From: a virus
Lineage: Duplodnaviria; Heunggongvirae; Uroviricota; Caudoviricetes; Demerecviridae
DNA: 27,551 nucleotides
Strand: one strand, 5' to 3'
IMG/VR virus record: IMGVR_UViG_3300042566_001359
The notes under the pieces are model-generated. The model saw nothing but the letters and a program-made list of their open reading frames with translations, had not been told where the DNA came from and made no database searches. Positions 21,234 to 27,551 of the stretch are shown here, one piece after another; the first letter of the stretch is position 1, and each line of letters opens with the position of its first letter. The position numbers were made by a program, and so were the translations under genes.

Positions 21234-24200
21234 ATGGCAGGTAATACAGTAGAATATGAACTATTGTTTAGTGATAAAAGCAATTCAATGCAAAAGCGCA
21301 TTGATGATGCAAAAACATTGAACAAAGAAATGAGCCAAGCGGCTAAGAGTTCCTTTAGGGCCGAGGGCGATAAGGGGATAAGTGGCCAGGATTACGGCAG
21401 AGCCAGAGGTGCCGCTGGTACAGGTGCAAGCGCACGTGACTTTGCAAAAGAATCGCAAGGCTTGGGTGGATTGGTGCGACTATACGCTACCGTTGCGGCT
21501 AACTTATTTGCTGTTGGTGCAGCATTTAATAGTTTGCGCGAGGCCATGAATACTACCAACATGGTGCAAGGTCTTAACCAACTAGGGGCAACAAGCGGAC
21601 AAAGCCTTGGCACACTAGCAAAAAATTTAGCCACGGCCAGCGGTGGAGCTTTGAGCTTACGTGATGCAATGGAAGCTACTGCAAAAGCTACCAGTGCCGG
21701 TATGAGTTCAAGACAATTAATGCAACTTGGTAGTGTTGCCAAAAATGCTTCCCAAGCACTAGGCTTAAGTATGACAGATGCTGTTAGCAGATTAACGCGT
21801 GGTATTGTTAAGCTAGAGCCAGAATTATTAGACGAACTTGGTTTATTTACTAAAATCGGTCCTGCAACTGAAGAATACGCTCGTAGCGTAGGTAAAAGTG
21901 TATCTGCACTAACTGACTTTGAACGTCGTCAAGCCTTTGCAAATGCGGTACTAAAGGAAGGCACCGACAAGTTCAATGCAATTAATATACCTACCAACCC
22001 TTATGATAAGTTACTAGCAAGTTTAAAAGACCTAGCGCAAAATGGTTTAGAAGTAGTTAATAAGTATCTGGGACCTGTGTTAGATAGTTTAAGTCAGAGT
22101 CCTGGCGCTCTAACAGCAGGTATTGCGTATCTATCTGCAATGTTGGTAAAACAAGCACTTCCAGCACTAACCGAGTACAGAGAAGGCCTACTAGCAAGTG
22201 CTAAGGCCTCTAAAGAAGCAGCAGACTACCGTGCAGCAGAAGCAAAAAAAGCTCAAGAATCTCAAGCCACCAAAGTTAGACAAATGGCTGAAAGCGCTGC
22301 CGAAAAAGAAGTTGCCGCAGCAGATGCTGCCGTAAAAAGAATTGAAGATTTACGTAGTACAAGTTTTGGCAAGCAGTCAAAAGGCTACGCAATATTACAA
22401 AAAGCCGCACAAGATGTTAGTAAAGAAGAACTAGACTACTTAAACAAAGTGGGTGCTCGTTACGAAAAGCAAGGTAAATTAGATATTGCTAATCGCTACT
22501 ATGAGGCAGCAAAAGCAATTAATGCAAGTAAAAAAGCAGAAGAAGACTATGGCCGTGTAGTTGACGAAACAACTCGTAAATTAAATCAACAGCAAAGTTT
22601 ATGGACTGCTCGTGGTCGTGCTGAAATAATGGCAAAACGCACAGCAGATGTTGCAGCCAGCAAGCAAATACTTAGTTCAGCTAGTACAGATACAAGTACG
22701 ATTGGCGTATTTGGTGCATTTACAGAAATGAAGAAATCTCTAAAAGAGTCTGACATGGGTCCGATTCGCAAGGGATTTACCGCAATTAGCGGAGTAGCCA
22801 CTATTGCAACTACAGCAATTACTGGATTCGTTGGAGCCTTACAAGGTGTAATCGGTCTAGCTACTGCTATTGCAGGTATAGCTATGCTTATTGATAGCTG
22901 GTTTACAAAAAATTCAGAAAAGGCCAAGGAGTTTACTACTGCCCTGGAAACTTCTGATGAAATGTTAAAAACATACGAACGCACTTTAGCTTTCTTAAGT
23001 AAGCAAAATCCTGAAGTATTATTTCAATCTAAAGCTTTAACTGCTCAAGCTAATGCCTTACAAGGACTAGTAGATGGTTTAACTACTGTTCGTGAAAAAT
23101 TCGAAGACTTGGATAAAGCCACCTCAGGTTGGGATCGTTTTACCGATAGATTAGCTGGTTTAGTAGGAAAAGATCAGCTTAGTAAGTTTGCTGAAGGGAC
23201 AGTAAAAAATATTGTACAAACAATTGCAGCTATTGATAGCGAAGTTGCTCGTGAAACCGCATTAAAAACAGTTACCGCTGAACTAGGCGCCCTAGGAGAC
23301 GGACAACTACAGTGGTTAGACGCTATAAAAAGGGGTGGGCCGGAAGCAGCAAAAGCGGTTCAAAAAGTCGAACAAGCATTGAAGAAAGTAGCAAACGAGC
23401 AAAGTAATGTTGCTAGTCGCAGTACTGAGTTTGATGAAAGTATTGTTAAATTAAGCGGCACCTACAAAGACTTTACTAAGTCTGCTATAGACCAATCTCC
23501 GCTAACAAAATTAGGTGACGACCTAGCTGCATCAGCCGTAAAAATGGTAGCCGCTTTAGATGATCCAATAGCTGGTATTGGTAGTATGAAAAAGCTACTA
23601 GAAGATACTTCTGTGTTAGGAATATTTAATCCAGCACTTGTACAGCAAGTAAATAGACTTAAACCAGAAATTGATAGTTTAAATCAAAAGCACGGCCAGA
23701 CTGTTATTCAGCTAAGAAATGCTCGGCAAGAAGTAATGGCATTGGAGTTAGAGTATCAAAAGTTAGATAAGATGTACGGCGGAGTAGATCGTGACTTAGT
23801 TGTCGCGCAAGGCGGCGATACTATTGGTATAGATAAGCTAGAAGAAGCCACTGCTAGAATGAATAAAAAACAAGCAGATCTTGCAGCTTTAGTTAGAAAG
23901 GATACTGAAGAGCGAGCTAAAATTGCAGAGTTAATGAACAGCCCAAAGTTCAAGGAAATTGCAGTAGAAGCTTTTGTTACTGGCAGTAAATTAGTATCTA
24001 TGGCACTAGATCAAGCTTTTGAAAAAGCTCGTATTGATCTAGGTAAAGGTATTATTGGAATGATGGGAAGTACTCCTGGAATTGCAAAAATTGAGTCGCA
24101 AATGAATCAAGCTGAATTTGCGCTGCAAAAAAGAGCCGTTTCTTTACAAGAAGAGATGCTTAGAGCTCAGTACTCTCAAATAGCTGCTACAATGGCTAAT

Positions 24201-26000
24201 ACTGCTGCACTCAATTTAAAGTCAACCCAAGACGCGTACGGCAATATGGGTGCTATGAGAAGTCAACCAGGCATAGCGGCAGCTGAAGCAGCTATGGCCG
24301 AATCAGAACTAACTACTAAGTTTCAGGCATTTATAACTGGCGGTAAAAGTGCTCCTTCTTCAAAAAACTTCCTCCAAGATTTAAATAATGCCATGAGAAC
24401 TTTTGGTAAAGATTCACCAGAAGTATCTGCCAGAATTAACCAAATGCGTATGGCGGTTAAAAGTTTCATGGATACTGCTGCTGAACGTGCAAAAATCACA
24501 ACCAACGAACAGTTAGACAATATCAAAACCGAAGCAAAAGTCCGAGATGAAATCAATGTTTTAGCTAACGATGCTTTAAAACTACAAGCTACAGATGTTG
24601 CAGGACAAATACGTTCTATTGATATACTGGCTCAACAAAACGGTAGATTAACTGATAAGCAATTATTAGATCGCCAAGCCTTGGAAAATCAACAAAGCCA
24701 ATTAGAGTATGATCAACAAATTAACTCAGTTATTGCTGACCGTGAAAAGTTTGAAATCTATATTGATGGATTAAAGAAGGCAGGTATCACAAAAGGCGTA
24801 GAAGAATTAAAGATTAACTTTACTAAGTTAGAGAACACTAAGAATTTATCTGCAGCTCAAACAAAAACCGACAAAGACAGGGTAACTGCTTTAAAGACTC
24901 AACAAGACCTAAACAAGAATATTTTTGAAGAAGAAAATATTGCTTTAAATAATAAGCTGTCTGTACAAGAAACCTATAATATACAGCAAAGTACCGCACT
25001 AGAATTGACAGAACTACAGCTAGAGCTAGACGAAAAACGTCTTGCATTAACCCCCCAAGATTTAGCTAACAAACAATCAGCTATTGCATTTAGAAAAATA
25101 GAACAAGAAGAAACCACAAAATTAGCTTCTCTAGAAATTAACTATTTAAAAGCTGTAACAGGTCTATTAAAACAATACCGCGATGCAGCCGAAGGTGATG
25201 CCGGTGAGGGTGTGCGTACACGAGTAACTCAAGACTTGGAAAATCTGTCTAACAGATATAAAACAGAAGTAAACGGCACAAGAACAGTTGCACAAGCTAA
25301 AAGAGACTTAACAGCAGAAGACGCTAAATATTCAGAACGCCAAAAAGCTTATGGAGAAGTATTTGAGAAAAGTTTTCAAAGCATGGGCGACGCGATGGTA
25401 ACTTTCGCCAAAACAGGTAAATTCAGTTTTGACGACATGATTTCTTCTATGATAGAAGGCTTAATCAGATATGAAATGCAATTGCAAGCTACAGCAACAT
25501 ATGCGGCGTTTAGACCTGGGTTAATGAATGGTGTAGCTAGTATTTTTGACCGTAATTTTGAGGGTAGCGGATATACTGCTGCGCAACTAGCAACACTACC
25601 AAATGCAAAAGGTAATGCCTTTGATTATGGACTTCAAGCATTTGCCAAAGGTGGCGCATTTACCAACCAAATTGTTGACTCACCCACACTGTTTAAATTT
25701 GCTCGCGGCACAGGCTTAATGGGCGAAGCAGGTCCAGAAGCTATTATGCCCCTAAAGCGTGACAGCAACGGCAACCTTGGAGTTAGTAACCCCGGTGGCG
25801 GTGGCAACGTTGAAGTGGTTGTCAACAACTATTCAACTGCACAAGCCGAAACACGTGAAACAACCGACTCGCGCGGTAATCGCCGTATTGAAGTTATTGT
25901 TGGTGACATGGTTGCACAAGAAGTGGCTAAAACTGGTTCCGCAACACAAAATGCATTCTCTAGTACTTATGGTACTAGACCTGCCCTAGCAAGGAGATAA
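21234..26000 (+). CDS. tape measure protein
   Basis: About 1590 aa, Ala-rich helical. N-terminus resembles T5 pb2 (ARDFAK...LEPELLDELG); C-terminus is lambda gpH-type (FAKGG...GEAGPEAIMPL). RBS GGAG before 21234. Confidence 0.92.
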   Translation: MAGNTVEYELLFSDKSNSMQKRIDDAKTLNKEMSQAAKSSFRAEGDKGISGQDYGRARGAAGTGASARDFAKESQGLGGLVRLYATVAANLFAVGAAFNSLREAMNTTNMVQGLNQLGATSGQSLGTLAKNLATASGGALSLRDAMEATAKATSAGMSSRQLMQLGSVAKNASQALGLSMTDAVSRLTRGIVKLEPELLDELGLFTKIGPATEEYARSVGKSVSALTDFERRQAFANAVLKEGTDKFNAINIPTNPYDKLLASLKDLAQNGLEVVNKYLGPVLDSLSQSPGALTAGIAYLSAMLVKQALPALTEYREGLLASAKASKEAADYRAAEAKKAQESQATKVRQMAESAAEKEVAAADAAVKRIEDLRSTSFGKQSKGYAILQKAAQDVSKEELDYLNKVGARYEKQGKLDIANRYYEAAKAINASKKAEEDYGRVVDETTRKLNQQQSLWTARGRAEIMAKRTADVAASKQILSSASTDTSTIGVFGAFTEMKKSLKESDMGPIRKGFTAISGVATIATTAITGFVGALQGVIGLATAIAGIAMLIDSWFTKNSEKAKEFTTALETSDEMLKTYERTLAFLSKQNPEVLFQSKALTAQANALQGLVDGLTTVREKFEDLDKATSGWDRFTDRLAGLVGKDQLSKFAEGTVKNIVQTIAAIDSEVARETALKTVTAELGALGDGQLQWLDAIKRGGPEAAKAVQKVEQALKKVANEQSNVASRSTEFDESIVKLSGTYKDFTKSAIDQSPLTKLGDDLAASAVKMVAALDDPIAGIGSMKKLLEDTSVLGIFNPALVQQVNRLKPEIDSLNQKHGQTVIQLRNARQEVMALELEYQKLDKMYGGVDRDLVVAQGGDTIGIDKLEEATARMNKKQADLAALVRKDTEERAKIAELMNSPKFKEIAVEAFVTGSKLVSMALDQAFEKARIDLGKGIIGMMGSTPGIAKIESQMNQAEFALQKRAVSLQEEMLRAQYSQIAATMANTAALNLKSTQDAYGNMGAMRSQPGIAAAEAAMAESELTTKFQAFITGGKSAPSSKNFLQDLNNAMRTFGKDSPEVSARINQMRMAVKSFMDTAAERAKITTNEQLDNIKTEAKVRDEINVLANDALKLQATDVAGQIRSIDILAQQNGRLTDKQLLDRQALENQQSQLEYDQQINSVIADREKFEIYIDGLKKAGITKGVEELKINFTKLENTKNLSAAQTKTDKDRVTALKTQQDLNKNIFEEENIALNNKLSVQETYNIQQSTALELTELQLELDEKRLALTPQDLANKQSAIAFRKIEQEETTKLASLEINYLKAVTGLLKQYRDAAEGDAGEGVRTRVTQDLENLSNRYKTEVNGTRTVAQAKRDLTAEDAKYSERQKAYGEVFEKSFQSMGDAMVTFAKTGKFSFDDMISSMIEGLIRYEMQLQATATYAAFRPGLMNGVASIFDRNFEGSGYTAAQLATLPNAKGNAFDYGLQAFAKGGAFTNQIVDSPTLFKFARGTGLMGEAGPEAIMPLKRDSNGNLGVSNPGGGGNVEVVVNNYSTAQAETRETTDSRGNRRIEVIVGDMVAQEVAKTGSATQNAFSSTYGTRPALARR

Positions 26001-26003
26001 AAT

Positions 26004-26372
26004 ATGGCAATTCCAACATGGCCAACAGCAGGCAACTTTCCGCAAAGCCCCCAAAAGGGGTTTTCGGAAAGCATTGGTGTTAACGTAATACGAACTCAAA
26101 CCGATATGGGTCCGGCAAAGCAACGCCGCCGAAGCAAGCGTCCATCAACCATGGACGTTAGCTTTATACTAACCACAGCTCAAACTCAAACACTAGAAAC
26201 TTTTATCAACAATGACTTGCAGGGAGTAAACCGATTTAAGTTTACTCACCCACGTCTTTATACTACTATCGATGTTCGCATTATACCACAAAGCGATGGC
26301 GAATTTTTTAAACTGCAGTACCTTGCACCAGGGTACTGGCAGACTTCACTTAAACTAGAAGTGTTACCATGA
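26004..26372 (+). CDS. distal tail protein (lambda gpM/Dit-like)
   Basis: 122 aa after the tape measure gene; IRTQTDMGPAKQRRR...FKFTHP motif. Confidence 0.75.
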   Translation: MAIPTWPTAGNFPQSPQKGFSESIGVNVIRTQTDMGPAKQRRRSKRPSTMDVSFILTTAQTQTLETFINNDLQGVNRFKFTHPRLYTTIDVRIIPQSDGEFFKLQYLAPGYWQTSLKLEVLP

Positions 26373-26899
26373 GCAGAATAAGCACACTAAGCGCAGCAGC
26401 CGTTCGTGCAATGTTTTCGTCAGAAACGTCAGAAACACTAATAATGCTGCTTACTATTTACGATCCTGATACCAGTACTACCCCAGTATTTCGTTTTGCG
26501 GATAGTTATACTGGCCGAATAACAAGCCTAACCACAGACGCAGAAATTGTATATGGTGTACCAAGCCGTGGTCAAAATTATGTGTTCTTGCCAATGAACC
26601 TAAACTTACCTGCTGAACAAGATACAGGGGTTGGTACTTGCTCACTTACCTTACAGTACGTAACACGCGAAGCAATTGAACTTATTCGCACAGAATTAAC
26701 AAAACCTGTGCGAGTAGGTATTGAACTTGTATTGAGCGGTACGCCCAATACTGTGGAAGCAAGTTTTCCTGGCTTTTATATTACATCAGCTACGTATAAT
26801 GCGGATGCGATTACTTTTGAGTTAACAATGATTAACTTATCACGTGAACCATTTCCGTGCTATAATTTTATTCCCAGCTACTTTCCAGGACTATTCTAA
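26369..26899 (+). CDS. tail tip protein, DUF1833/gpL-like
   Basis: LLTI...FR...Y.F.P..L.LP...REPFP...F.P..FPGLF pattern; lies between the Dit-like and NlpC/P60 genes. Confidence 0.7.
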   Translation: MSRISTLSAAAVRAMFSSETSETLIMLLTIYDPDTSTTPVFRFADSYTGRITSLTTDAEIVYGVPSRGQNYVFLPMNLNLPAEQDTGVGTCSLTLQYVTREAIELIRTELTKPVRVGIELVLSGTPNTVEASFPGFYITSATYNADAITFELTMINLSREPFPCYNFIPSYFPGLF

Positions 26900-27551
26900 T
26901 GGATTACAACAAGTACATAGGGTTACCCTACAAAGACAATGGCAGAGACACAAGTGGCGTAGACTGCTGGGGCTTAGCCAGACTATTTTATCAGCAAGAA
27001 CTTGGTATTGAATTACCAAGCTATACGGAGCTGTATGCTGGAGCACACGACCCGCAAGTTTCACAAGCCCTTGACGCCTACAAAGATTCGTGGCAAGTTG
27101 CTGAGTATGGTGTGGCAGGTGACCTGTGCTTGTTTAATATTTATGGTGAACCAGCACACGTGGGTGTGTACATTGGTGAGCGTAAGTTCCTGCACGCTCG
27201 CGAGGGCCGCGATAGTGTAGTAGAGTCATTGGACAGTGCGCAGTGGTCAAAGCGTTTTGCAGGATTTTACAAGTATACTGCAAAACCATCTGCTATTCAA
27301 CTAACCGGAGTACCACATCCGCTGCAAACACAGGTCTTATACGACTGGACTGTGGCAGGTACCACCGTACAAGACTTAGCCAATTTTGTAAAACAAAAGT
27401 ATAGTGTAAGTGAGCGACTGGCCAGCAAATTGGTTATTTTAATAGACGGAGTACCTATTGCACAGGACCAGTGGGATAGTACTGTGTTACTGGAAGGCCA
27501 GACAGTTGCCTACAAGTGCGTAGCCGCAGGTGGCAATACCACAAGATTGCT
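26899..27551 (+). CDS. NlpC/P60 (gpK-like) domain fused to a gpI-like region; 3' partial
   Basis: Hand-translated open frame to the window end: YIGLPY..GRD..GVDCWGL, AHVGVYIG, FLHA (Cys-His-His), then IDGVPI...LLEGQTV. Confidence 0.85.
   Translation, partial: MDYNKYIGLPYKDNGRDTSGVDCWGLARLFYQQELGIELPSYTELYAGAHDPQVSQALDAYKDSWQVAEYGVAGDLCLFNIYGEPAHVGVYIGERKFLHAREGRDSVVESLDSAQWSKRFAGFYKYTAKPSAIQLTGVPHPLQTQVLYDWTVAGTTVQDLANFVKQKYSVSERLASKLVILIDGVPIAQDQWDSTVLLEGQTVAYKCVAAGGNTTRL

Noticed and set aside
12524-25989. Short opposite-strand or alternate-frame ORFs inside late genes (e.g. 12524-12769, 14971-15183, 19154-19522, 22586-22984, 25759-25989)
   Set aside because: Codon-bias shadows of long conserved structural genes with no independent signals.

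Overview
This window is from a T5-like siphovirus (Demerecviridae-like). Right part (10976-27551, + strand): the late head/tail operon in T5 order. It runs terS, terL, HNH nicking endonuclease, portal, prohead protease fused in frame to the major capsid protein, head completion, tail completion, tail terminator, pb6-like tail tube, tail chaperones with a -1 frameshift and tape measure. It then switches to a lambda/T1-type tail tip (gpM-like, DUF1833-like, NlpC/P60 fusion). Middle (about 3740-10700, - strand): a T5-type pre-early/first-step-transfer-like cluster of short genes, most with their own sigma70 promoter. It holds three A2-like paralogues, a dmp-like phosphatase, a DEDDh exonuclease, an SprT-like protease, two 3-TM membrane proteins and acidic microproteins; no A1 is recognisable. 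A repeated family of + strand promoter/hairpin/palindrome elements faces against these genes. Left: D2-like and D3-like genes (+), then about 1.7 kb without credible ORFs. That stretch reads as a promoter-to-terminator, about 1.4-kb, densely base-paired non-coding RNA (- strand, about 3405 to 2008). It contains a candidate hammerhead ribozyme, twin 18-bp-stem domains and a hairpin repeat array, and it is the strongest candidate for an undescribed system here. Homology calls come from recalled motifs and gene order, not from database searches.
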